A DNA stretch of 32,000 nucleotides from Aquifex aeolicus VF5 (GCF_000008625.1 NC_000918.1:390001-422000), one strand, 5' to 3'. Counted from the stretch's first letter, positions 18,354 to 27,114 are shown. Made by a program: numbers and translations. The notes: generated from the sequence alone by a model not told the origin.

Positions 18354-19550
18354 ATGTTAAATCAGAGATTAGAAGTAAGGCAAAAACTAAACTTAAAACT
18401 TTTACTGAAACAAGATCTTGAACTCCTCACTTATCAAACTCAGGAACTTGAAAAACTCATACATGAAGAGGTTCTCGTAAACCCTCTAATAAAAGGCGTT
18501 TTCAAGAAAATACCGAAAAGTTTTGAAGTAAAGGAAACGGTTCCCTACCAGATACCATACACACCCTCAGAACTGGAAGAACTCCAGCAGAATATAAAAC
18601 TGGAACTTGAAGGAAAAGAGCAGGAACTTGCTTTAGAGCTTTTGAATTATCTGAATGAAAAGGGCTTCCTATCAAAAAGTGTTGAGGAGATATCCGACGT
18701 GCTACGGTGTTCTGTTGAAGAACTGGAAAAAGTTCGTCAAAAGGTGCTAAGACTTGAACCTTTGGGAGTTTGCTCAAAAGACGTGTGGGAGTTCTTAGAG
18801 TTACAGATTGAAGAAATTTACCCAGAAGAAGAGGAAATTTTAAAAAAAGCCCTTCGGGATTTAAAAAGAGGAAAAAAGCTAAAACCAGAAATTAAGGGAA
18901 AACTCTCAAGGTTAAGACTCTTTCCTCTTTCCAGTTCAGCGGAGAAAGTTTACACCTTTGCAAAAGTTGACGCAATTATAGAGGAAGAAAACGGAGAGTT
19001 TTTTATATACCTTTATGAAGACTTTATAGATATAGACTTAAACGAAGAGTACTGGGAACTTTACAAAAAGTCAAGAAATCTCCAAAAGGAACTAAAAGAG
19101 GCCTTTGAGAGGTACGAAAGTATAAGGAAGGTTCTGGATATAAGAAGAAGGAATTTAAGGAAAGTTTTAGAGAAAATCGTTGAAAGGCAAAAGGATTTTT
19201 TAACGGGAAAGGGAAGTTTAAAACCGCTGACTTTGCGTGAAGTTTCAAGTGAGATAGGAATACACGAATCTACATTGAGCAGGATAGTGAACTCAAAGTA
19301 CGTGAAAACTCCCGTGGGAACTTACTCCTTGAGAACTTTCTTTGTGAGAGAGTCGGCGGAGGGATTAACGCAAGGTGAGTTAATGAAATTAATCAAGGAA
19401 ATTGTAGAAAACGAAGATAAAAGGAAACCTTACAGTGACCAAGAAATAGCCAATATTCTAAAAGAGAAAGGCTTTAAAGTTGCGAGGAGAACGGTTGCAA
19501 AATACAGGGAAATGTTAGGAATTCCCTCCTCAAGGGAAAGAAGGATTTAA
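18354..19550 (+). CDS. rpoN: RNA polymerase sigma-54 factor
   Basis: 398-aa ORF: N-terminal Q/L-rich activator region (LNLKLLLKQDLELLTYQTQELEKLIHEEVLVNPLI), LTLREVSSEIGIHESTLSRIVNSKYVKTPVGTYSLRTFF, and RpoN box ARRTVAKYREMLGIPSSRERR. Confidence 0.97.
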   Translation: MLNQRLEVRQKLNLKLLLKQDLELLTYQTQELEKLIHEEVLVNPLIKGVFKKIPKSFEVKETVPYQIPYTPSELEELQQNIKLELEGKEQELALELLNYLNEKGFLSKSVEEISDVLRCSVEELEKVRQKVLRLEPLGVCSKDVWEFLELQIEEIYPEEEEILKKALRDLKRGKKLKPEIKGKLSRLRLFPLSSSAEKVYTFAKVDAIIEEENGEFFIYLYEDFIDIDLNEEYWELYKKSRNLQKELKEAFERYESIRKVLDIRRRNLRKVLEKIVERQKDFLTGKGSLKPLTLREVSSEIGIHESTLSRIVNSKYVKTPVGTYSLRTFFVRESAEGLTQGELMKLIKEIVENEDKRKPYSDQEIANILKEKGFKVARRTVAKYREMLGIPSSRERRI

Positions 19551-19566
19551 AAGGGAGAAAGGGAGA

Positions 19567-20049
19567 TTAAGCCACTTCTCCTTGTTCTTCTAGTTTCTTT
19601 ATGGCTATGCTGAGTTGGTGAAGAAGGTCTGCAGGTGATTCTACTTGTTCTACTTCCATTGCGTCAATTACCTTTTCAATGGGTACTCCTCTCCAGTAGA
19701 GTCCTGCGAGTTTTTCCTTCAGTTTTTGCTTGTCCATGGGGAAGTGTTCTCCGTGTATTCTCTTGAGAACTTCCGCAGCCCACCTTATTCCTTTTCTCGT
19801 TTCCGTGGGGATTTCACCTCTTTCTTCTAATTTGTGAACAGCTTCAGCTATGTAGTGAAGGACATCTCTGGGAGTGTCAAACTTATCCACCTCAATTTCA
19901 TCAATTACTCTCTCAACGGGCACACCTCTAATGGACATACCTGCAAGCTTTTCCCTGAGGGTATCCTTTGTGATAGGATAATTAATTCCGTGGAGTCTCT
20001 TTAAAACTTCTGCTGTCCAACCAAGTGCTCTTCTGGGCATGGTTCCCAC
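19567..20049 (-). CDS. Protein made of two tandem DUF2795-like repeats
   Basis: 160-aa ORF. Repeat 1 is LGWTAEVLKRLHGINYPITKDTLREKLAGMSIRGVPVERVIDEIEVDKFDTPRDVLHYIAEAVHKLEERGE. Repeat 2 is IRWAAEVLKRIHGEHFPMDKQKLKEKLAGLYWRGVPIEKVIDAMEVEQVESPADLLHQLSIAIKKLEEQGE. Confidence 0.75.
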   Translation of the reverse strand: MGTMPRRALGWTAEVLKRLHGINYPITKDTLREKLAGMSIRGVPVERVIDEIEVDKFDTPRDVLHYIAEAVHKLEERGEIPTETRKGIRWAAEVLKRIHGEHFPMDKQKLKEKLAGLYWRGVPIEKVIDAMEVEQVESPADLLHQLSIAIKKLEEQGEVA

Positions 20050-20157
20050 CTCCTTTTAAGTTTTTTCTGACATTTATCAATATATACCTGTAAACTGTCA
20101 TGTCAAGTCTTTTAAAAGCCAAATTTTTAACTAATTTTTCAAGGTAAATTTATAGAT

Positions 20158-20409
20158 ATGGATACGAGAGATGAAGCTCAAAAGCTTGCTAAGGAAGTTT
20201 TAATAAAGCTTCTTGAGTGCGGGACTGAAATAGATGAGTATTACAGGAAGTTCAGGGAACTGCGGGTACTGGAAGACAGGAGTCCCTCCTTTCAGGCTGC
20301 ACTTATAAACGTTGAGCACGCCTTCTTTATGGTAGTACAATCTATTAATGTTCTCAGGGAACAGTTGAGGCTTCTGGAGGTGGCTTCCAAAAAGAAGGAA
20401 ATTGAGTGA
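20158..20409 (+). CDS. Hypothetical small helical protein
   Basis: 83-aa ORF abutting and overlapping the next gene on the same strand. Confidence 0.55.
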   Translation: MDTRDEAQKLAKEVLIKLLECGTEIDEYYRKFRELRVLEDRSPSFQAALINVEHAFFMVVQSINVLREQLRLLEVASKKKEIE

Positions 20410-21972
20410 TGGGACTCAAAGTTCTCCTATATGACCCTGATGGAGAGATAGCTCACTTTTTAGAAGATATATTTGAGGTAACGGGTCATACACTTTACCC
20501 TGCAGGTTCGGAAGAAGAAGTATTTGAGTACTTAAAAAACGAACCTGAATTTTTCTTTCTTCCTTTTTCCTTAAAGGAAGCATGGGTTAATTCCCTGAAA
20601 GAGCGTGCAACAATACCCATATTTTTCCTTTTCTCGGAAGAGGAAGAAGAGAGAGCAAAAGGGCTGGGTATTCCCGAAGTAAACCTTGTAAGAGTTCCTT
20701 TTAATCCCCTTGAACTCTTTGAAAGATTAGGGCTTTTACATAAAATGAAGCCTAAGGATTTTCAGGAAATAGGACTCTTCAACACACTCGTAAAATCCCA
20801 CCTTGAAGAAAAAGGTGTAAAGGTAAAGATAAAGGGCTCAGGCGGGGAGTGTCTCGTAAACACTTATCCGGTTTCACTTTCGTGCAGGCTGGAAGAACTG
20901 AAGGAGCTTTTAAAGAAGCGATTACGAACTGGAAGAAGGTGAAGATTTTGAGGAAAAAGTTAAATTTGAAAACCTCGGAGAATTTTTCAAGGAACTCTTT
21001 AAAGAGGAAGAGATTAAAAAGGAAAGGAAGACGATACCCCTTGAGAAGTTTGAAACCATAAGGACTGTAAGCAGGGAATACAAAAGGGGAATTTTTAAGA
21101 AGAACTTTTACCTGCTTGGTCAAAACGCCATCACATTAATAAATCTCTCTTCCGTGGACACGCTCGCCTTCATAAACAGAGCTTTGGTAGAAGAAGGATA
21201 CTCTTTGAAAGATATAAAGCTTGTTCTTATCACGGACTTTGAGCCATCTTCAGTAGAAGCAATTCGGAGACTGCTTGCCGTAAATCAAGGAGTGAGCTTC
21301 ATAGGAAGGAAGTACGTTAAGGAAGTCCTTGAGAAGTTCGGACTCAGGAACGTACGCTTCAGAGCTGTGGAAGAAATTCCTTCACTTGAGTTCAAACTTC
21401 CAGAGAGCGGGACGGTAAAGGTACTTCCTTTTAGAAACTCACCTCAGGAGGCTTCGGCAGGGTACCTTCTGGAAGAAGAAAGAATTCTGTTTTCGGGAAA
21501 GTTTCTGGGGAGTTTTGGAGAAAAAGGAGATACTATTCAAATTTTTCACAGGGTTTTCTTCCCGTGCAGGAACATACTTGACTACAACGTAGGTTTGCTT
21601 GAAAGTATCGGAGAAGAATTTGAAGTTTTTCCCTTTTACGGAGAAAAACAGAAATTAAGTGCAAAAACTCTGAAAGAATACTTTAACTACACGGTAAAAG
21701 GTAGTGTCCTTGAAAGGGAAGTAATACTCGGTTTGGTGAACGGTGTTTTACTGAACCTTTCCGACGAGGAAAGAGAAAATCTTTTGAGTTCAATAGGATA
21801 CCTCGCGGAAGTGGACGACAAAGTTATCGTAGATTTCTATACAGAACCGAATCTTTTCTACGAGGAATTTGTAAACACTCTCCCAGACGCGGTTAAAAGC
21901 AAGGAAGAGTTTTACAGGATAGTAGAAAAACTCCTGGAGCACAATTTTTACGTCCCGCTAAGGGCGGTTTAA
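20406..21972 (+). CDS. Degenerate receiver-like domain plus flavodiiron/ODP-type metallo-beta-lactamase-fold domain, split by a +1 frame change near 20914-20942
   Basis: ORF 20406-20942 is receiver-like (MGLKVLLYDPDGEIAHFLEDIFEVTGHTLYPAGSEEEVFEYLKNEPEFFFLPFS). The adjacent frame is open 20914-21972 without an ATG/GTG/TTG until 21154. It encodes FKKNFYLLGQNAITLINLSSVDTLAFINRALVEEGY...ITDFEPSSVEAIRRLLAVNQG...LPFRNSPQEASAGYLLEEERILFSGKFLGSFG...IFHRVFFPCRNILDYNVGLLESIGE. Confidence 0.6.
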
Positions 21973-22005
21973 AATACTTTAAACACCTATTTAAAGGAGC
22001 AGGGA

Positions 22006-22791
22006 ATGAAAGTACACTCAAGCGTACTCATAGAAGGAGAGGTTGAAATTCCTGAAGACGTTGAGATAGGAGCTTATACCGTAATTCAGGGAAACGTGAA
22101 GATAGGGAAGGGGACGAAAATAGGAAACAGGGTAACGATAAAGGGAAACGTAACCATTGGTGAGAACTGCAAGATTTTTGACGGAGCGGTTATAGGAGAA
22201 GCGCCCCAGCACCTGAAGTACGAAGGGGAAGAAACTTCCGTGGAAATAGGGAACAACGTGATAATAAGGGAGTACGTCACCATACACAGGGGAACAAAGC
22301 TGGACAAAGGGAAAACGGTTGTCGGAGATAACGTCATGCTCATGGCATACTCTCACGTTGCGCACGATTGCGTTGTGGGAAACAACGTGATTATGGCAAA
22401 CTGTGCAACGCTCGGGGGACACGTTGTCGTCGGAGATTACGCCCTCATAGGTGGTCTTTCCGCGGTTCACCAGTGGGCAAGGGTCGGAGAACACGCCATG
22501 GTGGGCGGTCTTACGGGTGTCTCTTTAGATATACCGCCCTACACGGTAGCCTCGGGTCAGCACGCAAAGCTTTACGGCATAAACATAATCGGTTTGAGAA
22601 GGAGGGGCTTTCCCGAGGAGGTCATTAAAGCCATAAGCAAAGCTTACAGGATTATTTTCAGGAGTCCGCTTCCGAGACAAAAAGCCCCTGAGATAGTTTT
22701 TCAGGAACTTGGACAGTACGAGGAAGTGAGGAAAATGGTTGAGTTTATAAAGAGTTCCAAAAGAGGAGTGGCGAGACACCACAAGGACTGA
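22006..22791 (+). CDS. lpxA: Acyl-[ACP]-UDP-N-acetylglucosamine O-acyltransferase
   Basis: 261-aa hexapeptide-repeat protein: [102 protein letters not shown]. Confidence 0.97.
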   Translation: MKVHSSVLIEGEVEIPEDVEIGAYTVIQGNVKIGKGTKIGNRVTIKGNVTIGENCKIFDGAVIGEAPQHLKYEGEETSVEIGNNVIIREYVTIHRGTKLDKGKTVVGDNVMLMAYSHVAHDCVVGNNVIMANCATLGGHVVVGDYALIGGLSAVHQWARVGEHAMVGGLTGVSLDIPPYTVASGQHAKLYGINIIGLRRRGFPEEVIKAISKAYRIIFRSPLPRQKAPEIVFQELGQYEEVRKMVEFIKSSKRGVARHHKD

Positions 22792-22804
22792 TAACATAAC
22801 ATTC

Positions 22805-24199
22805 ATGCGTGCTGTAATTCTGGCTGCCGGACTCGGAACGAGGTTCAAGAGCGAAAAACCCAAAGTTCTCCACGAAATACTCGGAAAACCGATGCTCTGG
22901 TACGTGATAACGAACGTAAGAAACGGAAGGATAGACGACATAGCTGTCGTGGTGGGACACAAGGCGCAGGAAGTGATGGAAGCCTTTAAAAACGAAAACC
23001 TGAAATTTTTTATACAGGAAAACCCCAAAGGCGGGACTGCTGACGCTGTACTCGCAGCGAAGGACTTTTTCTCTTCTTACGAGGGATACGTACTCATAAT
23101 AAACGGGGACAGTCCCTTAGTCAGCGGGGAAACTATAAGAAACATGCAACAATTCATTCACATGGTTCGGACTTACGAGGGGATAAAACTCGGAGGGGTT
23201 GTTTTAACGACCCACCTTCCCGACCCTACTGGATACGGGAGGATTATAAAGGAAGAGGGGACGGACAGAATTATCAGGATAGTTGAGGAAAAGGACGCAA
23301 CTCCCGAAGAAAAGGCTATAACGGAAATAAACGCTGGAACTTACATCTTTTACGCACCTTACCTCCTTGAAGCCCTATACAGGATAAAACCGAGTCCCGT
23401 GACAGGAGAGCTCTACCTGACCGACGTAATAGAGTACATGGTAAACAAAGGGTATGAAGTAAGGAGCTTTATGGCAAAAGAACCCACGGAAGCCCTTGGT
23501 GTAAACACCCGCTGGGATTTAGCACTCGTAGAAAACGTAATAAAACTCAAGATAGCGAGGTACTGGGCCGAAAGGGGAGTTACTGTTCATTATCCAGAAA
23601 CCGTGTGGATAGAACCGGACGTTTCCATAGAACCCGACGTGGAAATATTTCCCGACGTTATGTTGAAAGGAAAGACGAAAATAAAGAAAGGTTCAGTAAT
23701 AGGAAAGGGAAGCGTTATAAAGGACTCACTCGTGGAAGAAAATGTAATAGTAAGGGAATACTCGGTAATAGAAAATTCGGAAATTAAGAAAAGGGCTGTT
23801 GTCGGACCCTTTGCGAGGATAAGGAACGAATCTGTTATAGGAGAAGAGGCTGAAATAGGGAACTTTGTGGAAGTTAAGAAGAGCAGTATAGGAAAAGGGG
23901 TAAAGGCAAAGCACCTCGCTTACATAGGGGATGCAACTGTGGGAGAGAATACGAATATAGGGGCGGGTACGGTCTTTGCAAATTACGACGGGAAGAGGAA
24001 ATACGAGAGCTACGTAGGAAAAAGCGCCTTTATAGGTAGTAACTCCCTTTTAATAGCTCCTATAAGGGTAGGGGATTGGGCTTATATAGCGGGGGGTTCC
24101 GTTGTAAACAAAGATATACCGGAAGGGGCACTCGCGGTCTCAAGGCCTGAACTGAAAATTTTTGAAGGAAGGGGGAAGAAAAAACTCCAGAAAGATTAA
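22805..24199 (+). CDS. glmU: Bifunctional UDP-N-acetylglucosamine pyrophosphorylase / glucosamine-1-phosphate N-acetyltransferase
   Basis: 464-aa ORF: VILAAGLGTRFKSEKPKVLHEILGKPM, NGDSPLV, EINAGTYIF, ELYLTDVIEYM, C-terminal left-handed beta-helix GPFARIRNESVIGEEAEIGNFVEVKKSSIGKGVKAKHLAYIGDATVGENTNIGAGTVFANYDGKRKYESYVGKSAFIGSNS. Confidence 0.97.
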   Translation: MRAVILAAGLGTRFKSEKPKVLHEILGKPMLWYVITNVRNGRIDDIAVVVGHKAQEVMEAFKNENLKFFIQENPKGGTADAVLAAKDFFSSYEGYVLIINGDSPLVSGETIRNMQQFIHMVRTYEGIKLGGVVLTTHLPDPTGYGRIIKEEGTDRIIRIVEEKDATPEEKAITEINAGTYIFYAPYLLEALYRIKPSPVTGELYLTDVIEYMVNKGYEVRSFMAKEPTEALGVNTRWDLALVENVIKLKIARYWAERGVTVHYPETVWIEPDVSIEPDVEIFPDVMLKGKTKIKKGSVIGKGSVIKDSLVEENVIVREYSVIENSEIKKRAVVGPFARIRNESVIGEEAEIGNFVEVKKSSIGKGVKAKHLAYIGDATVGENTNIGAGTVFANYDGKRKYESYVGKSAFIGSNSLLIAPIRVGDWAYIAGGSVVNKDIPEGALAVSRPELKIFEGRGKKKLQKD

Positions 24200-25425
24200 A
24201 CTCTTGCAAGAACTTTTTCTTTGAAGTCTTTTAACGTCGGTTTTATCTTCACAGGTGTGCTTAGTTTCCCTTCCAGAACTTCCATAGTTTTATAGCCGTT
24301 CCCCGTTATGTAAACAACTACGGTCTCTTCGGGGGAAATCATTCCCTTTTCTACGTATTTCTTGAGAACTGCTATCGTTGTTCCTCCTGCGGTTTCTGTA
24401 AATATGCCTTCGGTTTGTGCGAGGAGTTTAATACCTTCTATTATTTCCTCGTCCGTTGCTGTTTCCCACGCACCGTTGCTTTCCCTTGCTACCTGAAGGG
24501 CGTATATACCGTCCGCGGGATTTCCAATCGCTATGGACTTGGCTATGGTGTTGGGTTTCACAGGTTTTATGAAGTCCCTTCCCTCTCTCCACGCCTGAGC
24601 TATCGGGGAGCACCCCTCTGCCTGAGCACCGTACATTCTCGTCTTTACTTCGTCTATTAAGCCGACTTTTTTTAGTTCATTAAAGCCTTTCCATATTTTG
24701 GTGTAAAGAGAACCCGATGCCGCGGGTGCTACAACTACGTCGGGAGCTCTCCAGCCGAGCTGTTCAGCGACTTCAAAGGCTAAGGTTTTTGAACCTTCCG
24801 CGTAGTATGGTCTTATATTTATGTTCACAAAGGCCCAGCCGAGGTCGTTTGCAATCTCGGAACATAGCCTGTTAACGTCGTCGTAATTCCCCTCAACTGC
24901 AACAACGGTGGGGTTAAAGACAAGAGAACCTATAATTTTCTGGGTTTCAAGGTTTGCAGGTATAAACACGAAGCAGTTCATTCCCGCCTGAGCGGAGTGG
25001 GCCGCAACGGAGTTTGCGAGGTTTCCAGTGGAAGCACAGGCCGCAGTATCAAATCCGAACTCTTTTGCCTTGGAAAGTGCCACGGACACAACCCTGTCTT
25101 TGAAGGAAAGGGTAGGGTGGTTTACGCTGTCGTCCTTTATGTAAAGGTTCTTAAGACCGAGGACTTCTCCAAGTTTTTCCGCCTTTTTAAGGGGCGTAAA
25201 TCCCGCCGTAAGTCCTACCGTGGGGTTTTCTACGGGAAGCAGGTCAACATATCTCCATAAACTCTTTGGTCCTTTTTCTATCTTTTCTCTGGAAATATTT
25301 TTCTTTATCTCATCGTAGTCGTATACAACTTCAAGCGGACCAAAGCAAAACTCACAAACGTGTATGGGCTCGGCGGGGTATTCCCTTCCACACTCACGGC
25401 ACTTTAATCCCTTTACCTTTGCCAT
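24196..25425 (-). CDS. thrC: Threonine synthase
   Basis: 409-aa PLP fold-type II enzyme: CRECGREYPAEPIHVCEFC zinc ribbon, NPTVGLTAGFTPL, DDSVNHPTLSFKDRVVSVAL, CASTGNLANSVAAHSA, TAGGTTIAVL, VVYITGNG. Confidence 0.93.
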   Translation of the reverse strand: MAKVKGLKCRECGREYPAEPIHVCEFCFGPLEVVYDYDEIKKNISREKIEKGPKSLWRYVDLLPVENPTVGLTAGFTPLKKAEKLGEVLGLKNLYIKDDSVNHPTLSFKDRVVSVALSKAKEFGFDTAACASTGNLANSVAAHSAQAGMNCFVFIPANLETQKIIGSLVFNPTVVAVEGNYDDVNRLCSEIANDLGWAFVNINIRPYYAEGSKTLAFEVAEQLGWRAPDVVVAPAASGSLYTKIWKGFNELKKVGLIDEVKTRMYGAQAEGCSPIAQAWREGRDFIKPVKPNTIAKSIAIGNPADGIYALQVARESNGAWETATDEEIIEGIKLLAQTEGIFTETAGGTTIAVLKKYVEKGMISPEETVVVYITGNGYKTMEVLEGKLSTPVKIKPTLKDFKEKVLARV

Positions 25426-25435
25426 AGATTATATA

Positions 25436-26548
25436 CTACACATTAAACCTGAAATAAACAACATCGCCGTCCTGTATTTCGTAGTCCTTCCCTTCAAGTC
25501 TTATCAGTCCCTGTTCCTTTGCCTTTGCCCATGAACCCGCCTTTATAAGGTCCTCATAGCTTATAACTTCCGCGGCTATAAATCCCCTTTCCATATCGGA
25601 GTGTATTTTTCCCGCGGCTTGGGGTGCTTTGGTTCCTCTCTTTACGGTCCATGCTCTGGCTTCCCTCTCACCTGCGGTAAAGAAGGTTATAAGGTCAAGG
25701 AGTCTGTATCCCGTCCTTATGACTTTGTTGAGTCCCGGCTCCTTCAGTCCATAGGCTTCCAGCATTTCCTTTTGCTCTTCCTCGGAAAGACCTGCAAGCT
25801 GAGCTTCAAGCTCAGCACTAATTACAACGACTGGGGCATTTTCCTGGTTTGCCATCTCTTTTATTCTTTCCACGTGTGGATTTCCTTCACCTTCAGGGAG
25901 GTCCTTTTCCGAGATGTTTGCTATGTACATTACTGGTTTTACCGTGAGAAGGAAGAGGGTTTTTTTGGCGTATTCCAGGGTTTCAGGCGGTAATTTATCA
26001 GCGTATTTCCTGATAGGTTCTAAGTTTTCAAGGATTTCCTTCAGTGCGTTCAGATGCTCCATTTCTTCTCTGGCTTTTTTGTCTCCGCCCTTTGCGACCT
26101 TTTGCACCTTTTCAATTCTCCTGTTTACGCTTTCCAGATCCTTTGCGATAAGCTCTATTTCCACTATTTCCTTGTCCCTTACGGGGTCAACAGAACCTTC
26201 CACGTGGACTATGTTTTCGTCTTCAAAAGCCCTGAGAACCATGGCTACTGCGTCAACCTCTCTGATATGGGAGAGGAACTGGTTTCCGAGTCCTTCACCT
26301 TTACTCGCACCTTTAACGAGTCCCGCTATGTCCACAAATTCAATAAAGGTGGGAGTTATCTTCTGAGATTTTTCAATTTCCGCGAGTTTATACAATCTCT
26401 CGTCTGGAACTTCTACGACTCCCACGTTCGGTTCAATCGTACAAAAGGGATAGTTTGCCGCCTGAGCTTTCATGGTTTTAGTCAAGGCGTTAAAGAGGGT
26501 TGACTTTCCTACGTTCGGCAGTCCTACGATACCTAGCCTAAATCCCAT
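25436..26548 (-). CDS. ychF: Ribosome-binding Obg-like ATPase YchF
   Basis: 370-aa ORF: MGFRLGIVGLPNVGKSTLFNALT, NYPFCTIEPNVGVVEVPD, VDIAGLVKGASKGEGLGNQFL, RAWTVKRGTKAPQAAGKIHSDMERGFIAAEV, LEGKDYEIQDGDVVYFRFNV. Confidence 0.97.
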   Translation of the reverse strand: MGFRLGIVGLPNVGKSTLFNALTKTMKAQAANYPFCTIEPNVGVVEVPDERLYKLAEIEKSQKITPTFIEFVDIAGLVKGASKGEGLGNQFLSHIREVDAVAMVLRAFEDENIVHVEGSVDPVRDKEIVEIELIAKDLESVNRRIEKVQKVAKGGDKKAREEMEHLNALKEILENLEPIRKYADKLPPETLEYAKKTLFLLTVKPVMYIANISEKDLPEGEGNPHVERIKEMANQENAPVVVISAELEAQLAGLSEEEQKEMLEAYGLKEPGLNKVIRTGYRLLDLITFFTAGEREARAWTVKRGTKAPQAAGKIHSDMERGFIAAEVISYEDLIKAGSWAKAKEQGLIRLEGKDYEIQDGDVVYFRFNV

Positions 26549-26607
26549 AAGAATATTAATATAGTCGTTAGAAAAAGCACAAATACAAGTAAATTTGGGG
26601 AAATTTT

Positions 26608-26835
26608 ATCACGATCCCTTACTGTTAGGGCGTAACGTATGCCTTATCGCTTATTAAGTATTATAAAGCAAAGTCGCAATCCCTTATTGTAAGGGCATAA
26701 CATTGATTGGGAAATTTTTTTAAATGCACAGAAAGAAATGTCGCAATCCCTTATTGTAAGGGCATAACATTGATTGGGAAATTTTTTTAAATGCACAGAA
26801 AGAAATGTCGCAATCCCTTATTGTAAGGGCATAAC
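26608..26835 (-). CRISPR. Small CRISPR array: 4 repeats of 29 bp and 3 spacers (36, 38, 38 bp), two of them identical. Orientation inferred as minus.
   Basis: Plus-strand repeat GTCGCAATCCCTTATTGTAAGGGCATAAC is exact at 26673-26701, 26740-26768 and 26807-26835. A degenerate copy ATCACGATCCCTTACTGTTAGGGCGTAAC (23/29) is at 26608-26636. The repeat holds the palindrome CCCTTA-TTG-TAAGGG. The degenerate repeat at the left end implies the leader is on the right. Confidence 0.85.
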
Positions 26836-27073
26836 CCTGCACGCTTGTGTATTAAAAATAACGTTCTATAAACAACTTATTAGGCATCCCATATTCATGA
26901 AATGAATGTTAATTTCCGCTAACCCGAGGTCCTGCAAACTTGAGTATACCTTTGTAAAATTTTTACCCTTGATTTTCAATCTGTCTAACTATATAACATC
27001 ATGATATTACTTCATCACGTCATCAAATCATCACTTATTAGACCAACTACCTCTATTCAATTGCCAAGGAGAC

Positions 27074-27100
27074 AAGTGGGCTCTCTTACAGAGCCCACTT
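27074..27100 (-). terminator. Perfect 11-bp stem hairpin, probable 3' structure or terminator of the helicase gene
   Basis: AAGTGGGCTCT-CTTAC-AGAGCCCACTT, about 15 bp past the inferred helicase stop (TAA at 27115-27117, minus strand). Confidence 0.45.
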
Positions 27101-27114
27101 AATATTATATACCA

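Noticed and set aside
20849-21061. 70-aa plus-strand ORF spanning the receiver/MBL junction
   Set aside because: It is the third frame. The sequence (GAFKEAITNWKKVKILRKKLNLKTSENFSRNS) matches neither domain, whereas the frame open from 20914 continues straight into the MBL-like domain.
22018-22494. 158-aa minus-strand ORF inside lpxA (also 22086-22343, 22368-22628)
   Set aside because: Fully antisense or out-of-frame within the strongly supported lpxA hexapeptide-repeat gene. The periodic repeat sequence generates long shadow ORFs.
25601-26503. Plus-strand ORFs of 130, 150 and 150 aa opposite ychF
   Set aside because: Antisense to a highly conserved GTPase/ATPase. The compositions look like reverse-complement artefacts (S/F/Y-rich) with no recognisable motifs.
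26836-27110. Possibility that this gap encodes a cas protein remnant or known housekeeping RNA (6S, tmRNA, SRP)
   Set aside because: No convincing coding frame and no recognisable conserved core of those RNAs could be found by eye. Left only as a leader/sRNA candidate.
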